Made by a program: the position numbers and the translations under genes
Sequence record: MH159197.1
DNA length: 64,000 bases
From: Staphylococcus phage VB_SavM_JYL01
Reading direction: 5' to 3' (one strand)
Shown: piece after piece, positions 21,158 through 31,323 of the stretch
How positions within the stretch are numbered: position 1 is the first letter of the stretch
How the letters are laid out: the number at the start of each line of letters is the position of its first letter
Notes under the pieces: model-generated
The model's database searches: none
Seen by the model: the letters and a program-made list of their open reading frames with translations, nothing else
What the model was told of the DNA's origin: nothing

Positions 21158-21385
21158 ATGGAAAAGACATTAAAAGTTTATAGTAATGGTGAAGTTGTAG
21201 GCTCTCAAGTAGCTAATAACGATGGAGCTACTACAGTATCTATTACAGGCTTAGAAGCCGGAAAAACTTATGCTAAGGGAGCTTTTAAAGTAGCATTTGC
21301 TAATGATTCAGGTGAATCAGAAAAAGTAGATGTTCCTGAATTTACAACTAAAACTCCTGCTGAAGAACCTTCAGAAGAAGCATAA
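21158..21385 (+). CDS. hypothetical protein; paralog of the N-terminal module of 20622..21143
   Basis: Shares ...TYAKGAFKVAFANDSGESEKVDVPEFTTK with ...DYPKGTFKVSFSNDSGESEKVDVPQFKTK. Confidence 0.55.
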   Translation: MEKTLKVYSNGEVVGSQVANNDGATTVSITGLEAGKTYAKGAFKVAFANDSGESEKVDVPEFTTKTPAEEPSEEA

Positions 21386-21390
21386 TAATT

Positions 21391-21420
21391 AAGACCAACT
21401 AAAAAGTTGGTCTTTTTTTA
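21391..21420 (+). terminator. intrinsic terminator
   Basis: aagaccaact-aaaa-agttggtctt (10-bp stem) then ttttttta. Confidence 0.7.
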
Positions 21421-21449
21421 TTGACAATTTATAATATCTATGATACACT
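21421..21449 (+). promoter_or_regulatory. promoter TTGACA-17-TACACT
   Basis: Directly abuts the terminator. Confidence 0.55.
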
Positions 21450-21479
21450 ATATAAGAATTAAGAAAAGGAGGGAAAGTA

Positions 21480-21740
21480 ATGGATATTCCAACAATATTA
21501 TTTAGAAATCCATATGATTACACAAAAGTAAAAAAATTAATGGAAAACAAAGAACAGTACATTGTAGTAAAATTTGATTCAGTTTCTGTTCATAATTTAA
21601 ATGTTCAAGGTATGATGAATGTTATTCAAGATTACCTGCACATCTATGGTTACAGAGTCAAAGAATACGGACAAGAAAATGCTTCTAAAGATGATGAAAG
21701 AGACGTTAAAGGTTACTTATACGAAAGAGTAGGTGAGTAA
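21480..21740 (+). CDS. hypothetical protein
   Basis: ORF track; promoter 21421-21449 and SD aaaggaggg. Confidence 0.55.
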   Translation: MDIPTILFRNPYDYTKVKKLMENKEQYIVVKFDSVSVHNLNVQGMMNVIQDYLHIYGYRVKEYGQENASKDDERDVKGYLYERVGE

Positions 21741-21743
21741 GGT

Positions 21744-22499
21744 ATGGGTGTTATAATAAATTCTAACCATATTCAGTCAGATACTTTATATGAGTACGAT
21801 AGTTTTTTTGATATTGAGAAAGTAGATACGTTTGAAGAAGGATTACTATCAATACAGGATGAACCAACTGTTTTAGCAGGATTTATCTATGATGATATTA
21901 CATTTAATAAGGTTATTAACTCTAATTCAAATATTGATAACAATATTAAGAATAATGATATTTATTATGTTTCTGATATAGGGTTACTTCCGGATACTTT
22001 TATCACTGTTGATTCTAATAAAAAATACTATTCATTATTACAGCAGATAGTTGAGTTAAGTAAAGACCCTTTCCCTAAATGGGTAGAAACGGATGCAAAA
22101 GATTTAACTAGGTATTATAACTTTCAAGATTTTGAAGATGTATTCGATTTAAATAGTTTTTATAAAAAAGAAGTTGACATGGTAAGAGAAAAGTGCTATA
22201 ATAATGGTAATGTATATTTATTATATGAAGTCTTGCCTGATTATAAATTACCTCTAGCTTATAGTTTACTTTCAAATAAAGAGCATGGTATTGTTATTAT
22301 CGGTTCACAGACACGTTCTAATAATGATATACTGACTTTTTACGTTAAAGGTATGGATGCTAAGGCAATAGCTAGCATGTTTAATGTAGAACATGATTAT
22401 GATTCTAATATTTTTCATACATTCGTAAATAGTCACATTAATATTTTAGGAAATCAAATAACTAAGTTTATAAGAGAGAAAGGAAGCAGTTATGAGTAA
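21744..22499 (+). CDS. hypothetical protein
   Basis: ORF track. Confidence 0.5.
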   Translation: MGVIINSNHIQSDTLYEYDSFFDIEKVDTFEEGLLSIQDEPTVLAGFIYDDITFNKVINSNSNIDNNIKNNDIYYVSDIGLLPDTFITVDSNKKYYSLLQQIVELSKDPFPKWVETDAKDLTRYYNFQDFEDVFDLNSFYKKEVDMVREKCYNNGNVYLLYEVLPDYKLPLAYSLLSNKEHGIVIIGSQTRSNNDILTFYVKGMDAKAIASMFNVEHDYDSNIFHTFVNSHINILGNQITKFIREKGSSYE

Positions 22500-23742
22500 C
22501 TATAAAACAATAGAAGAAGTACAAGCAGTTATTATCGGAGTATTATTTAAAGATGAAGGTAAAATTGTAACATCTAAGTTTAATAAAATTACTAAAGAGT
22601 TTGGTTTAGATAGAATTGGTAAAGACGACCTTAAAGAAATTGTTGAAGATATTAGACAAGATGCCTATCTAAATGAGCTTAAGAATAAAGCAATTAAAGG
22701 TAAGGTAACTTTAGGAGACCTTAAAGATGTTGCAGATAATCAAGTATTCGAAGGTAATAACTATCATGAAGAAGTCTCTACTTATGTAGTAGCTAAAGAA
22801 AAAGAACTATCTCACTTGAGAGAACAACGTAAGCACAACAGACATACCGCATACCCTCAAATTATGTTTGATGAACTTAAAGAACATATGGTTAAAGAAT
22901 TACAAGGGGAAACATTAGTAGAGCATCATGGAAGTAAAGTTAACATTAATGATACAGAGTTAATTGTATTACTATCAGATTTCCATATTGGAAGTATTGT
23001 ATCCGATATGACTAATGGTAAATATGATTTTGAAGTATTGAAGTCAAGACTAAATCACTTTATTGATACGACAGTTAAAGAGATTGAGGATAGAGAGATT
23101 TCTAATGTAACTGTTTACTTTGTTGGAGACTTAGTAGAACATATTAATATGAGAGACGTTAACCAGGCATTTGAAACAGAGTTTACTTTAGCAGAACAAA
23201 TCTCTAAAGGTACTCGATTACTTATTGATATCTTAAATGTACTATCTAATGTAGTTACAGGAGAATTAAGATTTGGTATTATTGGTGGTAATCATGACCG
23301 TATGCAAGGTAACAAAAATCAGAAGATTTATAATGATAATATTGCTTATGTAGTACTAGACTCTTTATTGCTATTCCAAGAGCAGGGATTATTAAACGGT
23401 ATAGATATTATTGATAATCGTGAAGATATTTATACTATTAGGGATAATTTCGGAGGTAAATCTATTATCGTTAACCACGGTGATGGATTAAAAGGTAAAG
23501 GCAATCATATTAATAAATTTATCTTAGATAGCCATATTGATTTACTAATTACAGGTCACGTACACCATTTCTCAGTAAAACAAGAAGATTTTAATAGAAT
23601 GCATATTGTAGCTTCATCTCCGATGGGATATAATAATTATGCTAAAGAGCTACATTTATCAAAAACTAAACCTTCACAGCAATTATTATTTGTAAATAAA
23701 GAAAATAAAGATATTGATATTAAAACAGTATTTTTAGATTAA
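22492..23742 (+). CDS. calcineurin-like metallophosphoesterase
   Basis: Motifs LLSDFHIGS, GNHDRMQGN, GHVHHF. Confidence 0.7.
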   Translation: MSNYKTIEEVQAVIIGVLFKDEGKIVTSKFNKITKEFGLDRIGKDDLKEIVEDIRQDAYLNELKNKAIKGKVTLGDLKDVADNQVFEGNNYHEEVSTYVVAKEKELSHLREQRKHNRHTAYPQIMFDELKEHMVKELQGETLVEHHGSKVNINDTELIVLLSDFHIGSIVSDMTNGKYDFEVLKSRLNHFIDTTVKEIEDREISNVTVYFVGDLVEHINMRDVNQAFETEFTLAEQISKGTRLLIDILNVLSNVVTGELRFGIIGGNHDRMQGNKNQKIYNDNIAYVVLDSLLLFQEQGLLNGIDIIDNREDIYTIRDNFGGKSIIVNHGDGLKGKGNHINKFILDSHIDLLITGHVHHFSVKQEDFNRMHIVASSPMGYNNYAKELHLSKTKPSQQLLFVNKENKDIDIKTVFLD

Positions 23743-23755
23743 GGATGGTTAATAA

Positions 23756-24124
23756 ATGGATACAATTTTTATTATAGGTGTAGCGTTTATAACTTTTGCA
23801 ACATTTAATATAGTCTTTAGATTATTTGATTTATGGACTACAGAGAAGAAAATGGTAAGTCAAGGACAACCTCCACTAAGTAATTTTGAGTACTATCATG
23901 TGATAGTACCCTACTTAGTTGGTGTTATTGTTATTATACTGAGTATTATTTTTAGAGATTCCTTGTATTCTGCGCAATCAGGATTCGGTGTTATTATTAC
24001 AAGCTTTATTTATATGCTAGTTTATGTTATAATCGGTCTTGTAGGGTCGTTTGTACTTACAATATTCCAAGCTAGAAAGGCTAGACAGTATCAAACACAG
24101 GAGGATAATAATGAAGTTCAATGA
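23756..24124 (+). CDS. membrane protein (3 predicted TM segments)
   Basis: Hydrophobic stretches in ORF-track translation. Confidence 0.5.
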   Translation: MDTIFIIGVAFITFATFNIVFRLFDLWTTEKKMVSQGQPPLSNFEYYHVIVPYLVGVIVIILSIIFRDSLYSAQSGFGVIITSFIYMLVYVIIGLVGSFVLTIFQARKARQYQTQEDNNEVQ

Positions 24125-24422
24125 TATTTATGAGCAATTAATTAAAAATGATACAATACAAAACATTCATGAATCTCAAGATGATGAAGGAAATATTTAT
24201 ACAATACAATTTGATAAAGGTAATGATAAGTATTTATTTAATGTTATCAATGATGGATTCTTGAAAGAAATGACAAATGGTATGGTAGACCATCCTAAAG
24301 GTCAACCATATTCAGTAAGTCTAATCAATAAAGAAACTCCTAGTATGTCAGTGAAACAATATTTAACAGACGTAGAAGATATTGTACCTACTATTAGAAA
24401 AATGGAAAAGGATTTCTTATAG
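24111..24422 (+). CDS. hypothetical protein
   Basis: ATG 24111 with SD aggagga; the ORF-track start at 24051 lies inside the previous gene. Confidence 0.5.
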   Translation: MKFNDIYEQLIKNDTIQNIHESQDDEGNIYTIQFDKGNDKYLFNVINDGFLKEMTNGMVDHPKGQPYSVSLINKETPSMSVKQYLTDVEDIVPTIRKMEKDFL

Positions 24423-24465
24423 AGTCAAGTCTTTACTTGACTCTTTTTACTATATATGGTATATT
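24421..24465 (+). promoter_or_regulatory. terminator hairpin fused to a promoter (TTGACT -35 inside the descending stem; -10 TATATT)
   Basis: agagtcaag-tcttta-cttgactct + ttttt; ttgact 24437-24442, 17 nt, tatatt 24460-24465. Confidence 0.55.
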
Positions 24466-24485
24466 AATATAGAGGTGACTTAAAA

Positions 24486-25022
24486 ATGGATTTTAATTTT
24501 AGTGCTTTTGATAATAGCTCATTAGCAATGAGAATTAGTGAGGGTGTATACTATTTCAATGATACCCCTTATTACTTTATTGAACATATAGAAGAAGAAA
24601 TGTCTGAGTATGTTATTGTGTATGACATACATGATAGAGAGGAAAAAGAAAATCCTCAGAAGAAATATAGAGTAGAACCTTACCAACGGACAATACCTGG
24701 AGGTACACCTCTTAGTAATTTGATTAAGAGTATGATGCCTCAACGTAAATATCCTAAGAAGGTTGTAGAAGACCCTATATTTGTAGCTAATGTTATTCCT
24801 TTAGGAACAGATACAGTTACAGGTAAAACTGGAAAAGGTTTTTTTGAAAGAGATAAGGATAGAACTATTTACTCACAGAAAGAACCAACTAAGGTAGTCC
24901 ATGGTCAATACACAGGTGTTTTCATAGGTCTAACAAGTGTTAAATGGAATAGAACATATACTCCTTTAGAAAGTGTTGTTGAGTATTGCAAGAGAGTAAA
25001 AGGAGATAGGTTAAATGTCTAA
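24486..25022 (+). CDS. hypothetical protein
   Basis: ORF track; downstream of terminator/promoter 24421-24465. Confidence 0.55.
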   Translation: MDFNFSAFDNSSLAMRISEGVYYFNDTPYYFIEHIEEEMSEYVIVYDIHDREEKENPQKKYRVEPYQRTIPGGTPLSNLIKSMMPQRKYPKKVVEDPIFVANVIPLGTDTVTGKTGKGFFERDKDRTIYSQKEPTKVVHGQYTGVFIGLTSVKWNRTYTPLESVVEYCKRVKGDRLNV

Positions 25023-25782
25023 TGATGTAGTTAAGTTTTATGAAAAAGATATTAAAGACCTTATAAGAACTAAAAAACACATGTTTAAAGACGATGAGAT
25101 AACTAGTGATATAAATGATATACGTATATTTAATGAGAAAGTAATTTGTCAAGGTAAGTGTAGAACAGATTGCTTAGTACTAGACCGTAATGGTACTGTC
25201 ATGGGTATAGAAATAAAAACGGAAAGAGATTCTACACAGAGATTAAATAACCAATTAAAATATTATAGTCTAGTATGTAAGTATGTATATGTAATGTGCC
25301 ATGATAAACATGTACCTAAAGTAGAGCAGATACTTAAAAGATATAAACATAATCATGTAGGTATAATGAGTTACATTAATTTTAAAGGTAAACCTGTTGT
25401 AGGTAAATATAAAGATGCTACACCATCACCACATAGAAGCCCTTATCATACAATGAATATACTATGGAAGACAAATTTAATGACAATACTTAGGTTGATT
25501 AGAGACCCTCATACTTATAGAACAGGGTATAGTTATAATGCTAGCGGTAGGTATAGTGGTGGGGAAGGCAACTTCTCTCAAACAACTCAAAGTAAAAGAA
25601 TGAAAAAACCTGCTATTATTAACCAAATAATTCATTATGTAGGGGTAGATAATACTTATAAACTCTTTACAAGAGGTGTTATTTATGGTTATAATAATAG
25701 ATGGGAAGTTATAGAAGAAGATTTCTTTAATACTATGAAAAATGGGGTAAGAGTAATCAATGAGCAAAGACAAACCAAATAG
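25015..25782 (+). CDS. hypothetical protein, possible PD-(D/E)xK nuclease
   Basis: DCLVLDRNGTVMGIEIK resembles an hhhD...ExK nuclease core; weak. Confidence 0.5.
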   Translation: MSNDVVKFYEKDIKDLIRTKKHMFKDDEITSDINDIRIFNEKVICQGKCRTDCLVLDRNGTVMGIEIKTERDSTQRLNNQLKYYSLVCKYVYVMCHDKHVPKVEQILKRYKHNHVGIMSYINFKGKPVVGKYKDATPSPHRSPYHTMNILWKTNLMTILRLIRDPHTYRTGYSYNASGRYSGGEGNFSQTTQSKRMKKPAIINQIIHYVGVDNTYKLFTRGVIYGYNNRWEVIEEDFFNTMKNGVRVINEQRQTK

Positions 25783-26206
25783 ACGTAAAGAGATACAGCA
25801 TCAACCTGTTAACTTTGCCCCAACAAATACTTTAACAGGAGCTAATAATAGTTTCTTTGCTAAAAAGCCCTCAGAACCTAAGGATACAACATCTGTTATT
25901 GAATATAGAATACTTTTTATTAAAAGATTTGATAATGTAACAAGTACAGATGTTAAGTTACAAAAAAAATATGCATTAAATCTTATTAGTGAGGCACTTG
26001 ATGTTAAAGAAACTTATCTATCTCTTAAACAAAAAGGAAAGAAAACAGAATCTATTTTACACACAGATAGAGTTTATTATGTGCATAGAGGTAAAAAACT
26101 TATTGGAAAATGTAGTATTAGGGAGCAAAGAACATTTAAAGGTAAACATTTGATATTTATATTTAAGACAAGACATAGAGTTAAAGCAGAAAGGAAAGAT
26201 AAATAA
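25760..26206 (+). CDS. hypothetical basic protein
   Basis: ORF track. Confidence 0.45.
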   Translation: MSKDKPNRRKEIQHQPVNFAPTNTLTGANNSFFAKKPSEPKDTTSVIEYRILFIKRFDNVTSTDVKLQKKYALNLISEALDVKETYLSLKQKGKKTESILHTDRVYYVHRGKKLIGKCSIREQRTFKGKHLIFIFKTRHRVKAERKDK

Positions 26207-27069
26207 TGTTAAAAGGATTTTCAGAACATGTAGATAAACCTACAACTATTAAAACCTTATATAAGACCTTAACAAGTGGTAAAGTAGAATTACTAGGTGT
26301 ATCTTATGGTAGTGATTACTTCCCTTCAGGTGTTACAGTACAAGCTTATATTGAAGATATAGGTAATGAAGATGAAGGTCTGCAGTTTGTTAATAAAGTA
26401 AACGTAGTGGAATCAATGAAACAGGCTGTAGTAGGTATGAACAATCAATTAGGTTCCTCAGGTCTTGGATATGTTAGAACTGAACAACTTAAAAAAGAGC
26501 TAGAAGAAACTGGATTAATGACAGATTTACTTGCTAGAGGTACTAACTTAACTTCTACTAAGAAAGTGGATATTGTAAGTACTTTTATTGAGCCTGAAGT
26601 AACATATCAAGACATTACTATAGCTAAAGATATTAAGTTACGTCTATACAAACTAGAAGAAGAGTCACCATTAAACGGTTATACACATATTGTATATCTT
26701 CTTACTACAGAGAAATTATATGATGGTCAAACACTATTTGGTATGCTATCTAAGAAAGATAAGTTATCTAAAGGAGATACTGATAAATTATTAGCATTCT
26801 TTAGAAATAATAGTTTAATAAGTAAAAGTGTATTTTGTGTTAAGTTATTAAGTAAAGACTACTACTTCAATTTATATAATACACATGAAACAGGTATATT
26901 CTTTTTAGAAGATACGGATATTATTACTATTGCTTGTGGTCAGTCATACGTTAAAGTTAATACTAAAGATATTAAATCTAGTCATGTTAAAATTGAAGAT
27001 GAGACTCATAAATTAACTGAGCTAGTAATTAACTTAAAAGGTGACGACACATTAACTATTTTATTCTAA
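26206..27069 (+). CDS. hypothetical protein
   Basis: ORF track; ATGT overlap. Confidence 0.5.
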   Translation: MLKGFSEHVDKPTTIKTLYKTLTSGKVELLGVSYGSDYFPSGVTVQAYIEDIGNEDEGLQFVNKVNVVESMKQAVVGMNNQLGSSGLGYVRTEQLKKELEETGLMTDLLARGTNLTSTKKVDIVSTFIEPEVTYQDITIAKDIKLRLYKLEEESPLNGYTHIVYLLTTEKLYDGQTLFGMLSKKDKLSKGDTDKLLAFFRNNSLISKSVFCVKLLSKDYYFNLYNTHETGIFFLEDTDIITIACGQSYVKVNTKDIKSSHVKIEDETHKLTELVINLKGDDTLTILF

Positions 27070-27440
27070 TAGAATGTTATAAATATGTGATAATTAAGTA
27101 TAAATATACGTTATATAGAAAGTTTTCATAATGTTTTTAATACAGAAACTAGTTAAGTTTTTTACACTTGTCCTAGTTTCTGTGAAATTATATTTATGAA
27201 AAGTTAAAATATCTTTTAGGTAAAGGCTTTGTAAATAGTTAAAAAATATATTAAAATTTTATACAAAGTAGTTAATAAAATTATATTACATTTATATATT
27301 ATGAAATAATAACAGAAATTGTGATATATTATATAGTGTAACCTTGAAACAGTTGATGTTGTAGGGTTTGTTTATGTTCGTTAAACTGGTTTCAGAACAT
27401 CAGTTACCATAAATAAATGACAGTTAAGGAGAGCTATATA

Positions 27441-28172
27441 ATGGCTAGAAAAAAGAATTTACGAAATAAAAACAGTGATATAAAAGTTGTTCCTGATAAA
27501 GAAAAAGAAAGTATATTATCTAAGCTATACCATAATAAATTACTACGCTCAAAGGTAGATAATGCTTTAGATGAAGATATGAGTTATGATGATATTATAG
27601 AACTATGTAAAGAATATGATTTAGAATTGTCTAAATCAGCTATTACAAGATACAAAAGTAAAAGAAAAGAAGCTATTGAAAATGGTTGGGATTTAGGAGA
27701 ATTAATTGATAAACGTAAAAAAACAAGCGTAAAAGATATTAAGGAAAAAGAAACTCCTATATTAGAAGAGGAGCAACTTTCTCCATTTGAACAATCAAAA
27801 CATCACACACAAACAATCTATGATGATATTCAAGTACTAGATATGATTATTTCTAAAGGTGCAAAAGGATTAGAATTTGTGGAAACTTTAGACCCTGCTT
27901 TAATGATACGTGCAATGGAAACTAAAGATAAGATTACCGGAAACCAATTAAAAGGTATGTCATTTATTGGACTTAGAGAATTACAATTAAAACAAACAGC
28001 TCAAGATACGGCTATGAGTGAAGTATTATTAGAGTTTATACCTGAAGAAAAACATGAAGAGGTATTACAACGATTAGAAGAACTACAAAATGAATTCTAC
28101 AAAAATCTAGATTTAGATGAAGAAAGTAGAAAATTAAAAGAAGCTCTTGATAGAGTAGGCTATACAATTTAG
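27441..28172 (+). CDS. hypothetical protein
   Basis: ATG 27441 with SD aaggagag (the ORF-track start at 27417 is unlikely). Confidence 0.5.
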   Translation: MARKKNLRNKNSDIKVVPDKEKESILSKLYHNKLLRSKVDNALDEDMSYDDIIELCKEYDLELSKSAITRYKSKRKEAIENGWDLGELIDKRKKTSVKDIKEKETPILEEEQLSPFEQSKHHTQTIYDDIQVLDMIISKGAKGLEFVETLDPALMIRAMETKDKITGNQLKGMSFIGLRELQLKQTAQDTAMSEVLLEFIPEEKHEEVLQRLEELQNEFYKNLDLDEESRKLKEALDRVGYTI

Positions 28173-28189
28173 ATAGTGAGGTTAGAGTA

Positions 28190-28648
28190 ATGGCAGATGA
28201 GATTAGTTTAAATCCAATACAAGATGCTAAGCCAATTGATGATATAGTAGATATCATGACATACTTAAAAAACGGAAAAGTACTGAGAGTTAAACAAGAC
28301 AACCAAGGGGATATCCTTGTTAGAATGAGTCCAGGGAAACATAAATTTACTGAAGTATCTAGAGACTTGGATAAAGAATCATTCTACTATAAAAGACATT
28401 GGGTTCTCTATAATGTATCTGTTAACTCTCTTATAACATTTGATGTTTACCTAGATGAAGAATACTCAGAAACAACTAAGGTTAAGTATCCTAAAGATAC
28501 TATTGTAGAATATACAAGAGAAGACCAAGAAAAAGATGTTGCTATGATTAAAGAAATACTTACAGATAATAATGGTAATTATTTCTATGCACTTACAGGA
28601 GAAACAATGCTCTTTGATGAAAATAAATTAAATAAAGTTAAAGATTAG
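28190..28648 (+). CDS. hypothetical protein
   Basis: ORF track; SD gaggttagag. Confidence 0.5.
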   Translation: MADEISLNPIQDAKPIDDIVDIMTYLKNGKVLRVKQDNQGDILVRMSPGKHKFTEVSRDLDKESFYYKRHWVLYNVSVNSLITFDVYLDEEYSETTKVKYPKDTIVEYTREDQEKDVAMIKEILTDNNGNYFYALTGETMLFDENKLNKVKD

Positions 28649-28650
28649 GG

Positions 28651-28679
28651 TTGACAGTTCTGAAAGTATATGATATAGT
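28651..28679 (+). promoter_or_regulatory. promoter TTGACA-17-TATAGT
   Basis: Consensus spacing. Confidence 0.55.
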
Positions 28680-28712
28680 ATATGTATACTAAAAATAAAG
28701 GAGCTAACAATT

Positions 28713-29156
28713 ATGTTTATTTCATTAAATCAAGAAGAGAAAGAATTATTAACTAAAGAGGAAAACAAGTATACACCATTAGAAACATCAAGAGAGTTTA
28801 ACACACCTAAAGAAGAATTCATTGTAACAAGTTATAATGAAGGTAAACCTTTAGATTACATTGCAAAAGAAGCTAAAGTAAGTATGGGATTAATTTACAC
28901 AGTCTTAAACTACTATAAAGTAGGTAAGCGTAACAAGAAATCACCTGTAGAAGAAAGAATTGCACATATCTTGAAAGACAAAAACTTAGTTAAAGAGATT
29001 ATTAAGGATTACCAGTATATGAATTTACAGGACATTTATAGTAAATATAATCTTCATAAGAATGGTTTATATTACATCTTGGATTTATACCATGTGGAAA
29101 GAAAATCTGAACTTAAGGACAAAGCATTGGAAGAGGATAATATTGTCGTTGAGTAA
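28713..29156 (+). CDS. hypothetical protein
   Basis: ORF track; promoter 28651-28679, SD aaaggag. Confidence 0.55.
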   Translation: MFISLNQEEKELLTKEENKYTPLETSREFNTPKEEFIVTSYNEGKPLDYIAKEAKVSMGLIYTVLNYYKVGKRNKKSPVEERIAHILKDKNLVKEIIKDYQYMNLQDIYSKYNLHKNGLYYILDLYHVERKSELKDKALEEDNIVVE

Positions 29157-29172
29157 GTAAAGAGGTTATAAT

Positions 29173-29877
29173 ATGAGAAATAAAAAATCATTTCAAGAGC
29201 AATTAAATGACATGCGTAATAAAGAGAAATGGGTATCTGAAGAGGAGTTCACTGAAGAAGTGACTCCTTCTGAAGAACCTGAAGTAGAAGAAGAAAAGTT
29301 ATATACTTTAAATGAGTTAAAAGAAAATTTATTGGATGCTCAGGGATTAAAAGATGTTGTCGATAATTTTCCTGCATCTAAGCCAGTATATGAATCTAAT
29401 AAGCTTTATATTTGTACAATACCAAAAGGATATCGTTCTACAGAAGTACAACCAGGTCAATATATTGGTATCAGTACAGGGTTATTATCAGAATCAGAAG
29501 ATTTTAGTCATTTAAGAGGTCAAATGCCTAGAAATCTTTATGAAACTTCTCATGTTTTAAAACCTTTAGTACGTATTAATAATACAAATCTCGAATATCA
29601 ACAGCATGAGTTACTTGAAGATATTAAAGATGACAAGAAGATATATGATGTTGAATTAGAAGACCTGAGGTTAGTAACAGGAGAAGAAATATCCCATTTA
29701 GAAATTGTCGATAGTAAGTTTTTTGAAAGTCGTATTAATGAAATTCTCGACCGCTATACTGAATTAACGGATTCCGATGATTTGCTTATATACTATAGTA
29801 AATTACGAGAATTAGTAGGCAGTGACAAAATGATTTATTGCTCACTTCTAGATAAATGTGTTAAAATTATAGATTAA
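29173..29877 (+). CDS. hypothetical protein
   Basis: ORF track; terminator 29884-29925 follows. Confidence 0.55.
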   Translation: MRNKKSFQEQLNDMRNKEKWVSEEEFTEEVTPSEEPEVEEEKLYTLNELKENLLDAQGLKDVVDNFPASKPVYESNKLYICTIPKGYRSTEVQPGQYIGISTGLLSESEDFSHLRGQMPRNLYETSHVLKPLVRINNTNLEYQQHELLEDIKDDKKIYDVELEDLRLVTGEEISHLEIVDSKFFESRINEILDRYTELTDSDDLLIYYSKLRELVGSDKMIYCSLLDKCVKIID

Positions 29878-29883
29878 TAGTTA

Positions 29884-29925
29884 GTCTCCTCTTATATTAT
29901 AACTGTAAGAGGAGACATTTTTTAT
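29884..29925 (+). terminator. intrinsic terminator
   Basis: gtctcctctta/taagaggagac 11-bp stem then attttttat. Confidence 0.65.
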
Positions 29926-29938
29926 AGAGGTGTTAATT

Positions 29939-30337
29939 ATGTCAAGAAAAGCAAGTATATTCTATATACTAGTAGTTATTGTTTTGGCTTTTTCTATTTC
30001 ATCTTATTATATATCTTCTTTCATGTATCACGACAAAGCAAAGAATGAAGTCTCTACTGAGTTATCAAACACGGGAAAGATTAAAGAAGAAAAGAACGTA
30101 GAATTTGTCGGTGACTATACACTTAAAAAAGTGGAAAATAATAAAGCTTACTTTATGGAAACATTACCTACTTACCTACCCGGTAGAACAGGAGATAACA
30201 GCATAGATATGAGGTACTACAAAACAAGTAGATTTAAAGAAGGGGTAAATTTCAAGCTTATTAGGGTATATACTGAAGATGGGGAAGATAATCCAATTCA
30301 TAAGTATAGGTTTGAAGCAGTACCAACCAAAAAGTAA
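29939..30337 (+). CDS. membrane-anchored protein (N-terminal TM)
   Basis: ATG 29939 (the ORF-track start is a TTG 9 nt upstream). Confidence 0.5.
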   Translation: MSRKASIFYILVVIVLAFSISSYYISSFMYHDKAKNEVSTELSNTGKIKEEKNVEFVGDYTLKKVENNKAYFMETLPTYLPGRTGDNSIDMRYYKTSRFKEGVNFKLIRVYTEDGEDNPIHKYRFEAVPTKK

Positions 30338-30414
30338 TAAGGAGGTGACTTAAATGACAACATTAATTGTCGTCATCTTTATTGCTATCATTTATTACTT
30401 ATGGAACAGTGATT

Positions 30415-30458
30415 GAGTCAAGTTAATTCTTGACTCTCTTTTTGTTTTATGGTATATT
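30415..30458 (+). promoter_or_regulatory. terminator hairpin fused to a promoter; paralogous to the module at 24421-24465
   Basis: gagtcaag-ttaatt-cttgactc + ctttttgtttt; ttgact 30430-30435, 17 nt, tatatt 30453-30458. Confidence 0.55.
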
Positions 30459-30483
30459 AATATATAGAAAGGAGAGATTAATT

Positions 30484-30726
30484 ATGGAAATGGCAGATTT
30501 AGAAAGATTTGATACGTTTGTAAGATTAGTTTCAGACGATGAGCTTTCGGAGGAAAGAATATTAGAATTGAGTGTAGACTTATTAAATCCGATACTAGAA
30601 GGAGGTACAGCTTACCAAGCTAAAAAACGCATTAGAAGTAAGTTCGGTAAAATAGAAGCAAAAAACTTTAAAAGAAATTATAAATTCTTACTCAAGTCGA
30701 TAGCTCAAATAGACCAAGGGAGATAG
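30484..30726 (+). CDS. hypothetical protein
   Basis: ATG 30484 with SD aaaggagag; ORF-track N-extension read through the promoter. Confidence 0.5.
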   Translation: MEMADLERFDTFVRLVSDDELSEERILELSVDLLNPILEGGTAYQAKKRIRSKFGKIEAKNFKRNYKFLLKSIAQIDQGR

Positions 30727-30730
30727 GACA

Positions 30731-31288
30731 ATGACAGAAAGGGAAAAGTTAGTTAAAGAGATTGAAGATGCTAATAGGGACATACAATTAAGGTTAAAAG
30801 AAGTAGATGATTATAAGGATAGTATACGTTCTAAAGGAACAAGAAACTATGTATCTACTAAGGTATTAGATTCAGTTATGGTAGGGCTAATTATAAGTTT
30901 CTTTATTCTTGTAATGTTACGTGTACTTGAATATTTTGTAACAGGTAATGCTGTTTATTCACCTTTAGCGCCTGCAGTTATTATTATGTTTGTTTTAGCC
31001 TTAGGTACATGGAAAGTAAGTAAAATGAATAAAATAGTATCCTACAGGGGAACTATTAAAATGTATTGGGAATTAAGTAATGCTGAGCAGAACCAAGCTA
31101 AGATATTTAAGTATCCTAATGATGAAGTAGATATCGTATCAAAACATAACTTAAGACAAATAACTTTTAGTGAGATTAATATCCTTCATCTTAAATATAT
31201 GAGATATAATAAGGCAGTAGAACAGCATACTAAGTTATCTAAAGAACTTTTTAAAAAAGATAAAGAAACTATTGACAAGAACAAATAA
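30731..31288 (+). CDS. membrane protein (2 TM)
   Basis: ORF track. Confidence 0.5.
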   Translation: MTEREKLVKEIEDANRDIQLRLKEVDDYKDSIRSKGTRNYVSTKVLDSVMVGLIISFFILVMLRVLEYFVTGNAVYSPLAPAVIIMFVLALGTWKVSKMNKIVSYRGTIKMYWELSNAEQNQAKIFKYPNDEVDIVSKHNLRQITFSEINILHLKYMRYNKAVEQHTKLSKELFKKDKETIDKNK

Positions 31289-31323
31289 GTGTAGTATAGT
31301 ATTACTAAAGGAGGAGAGATATT

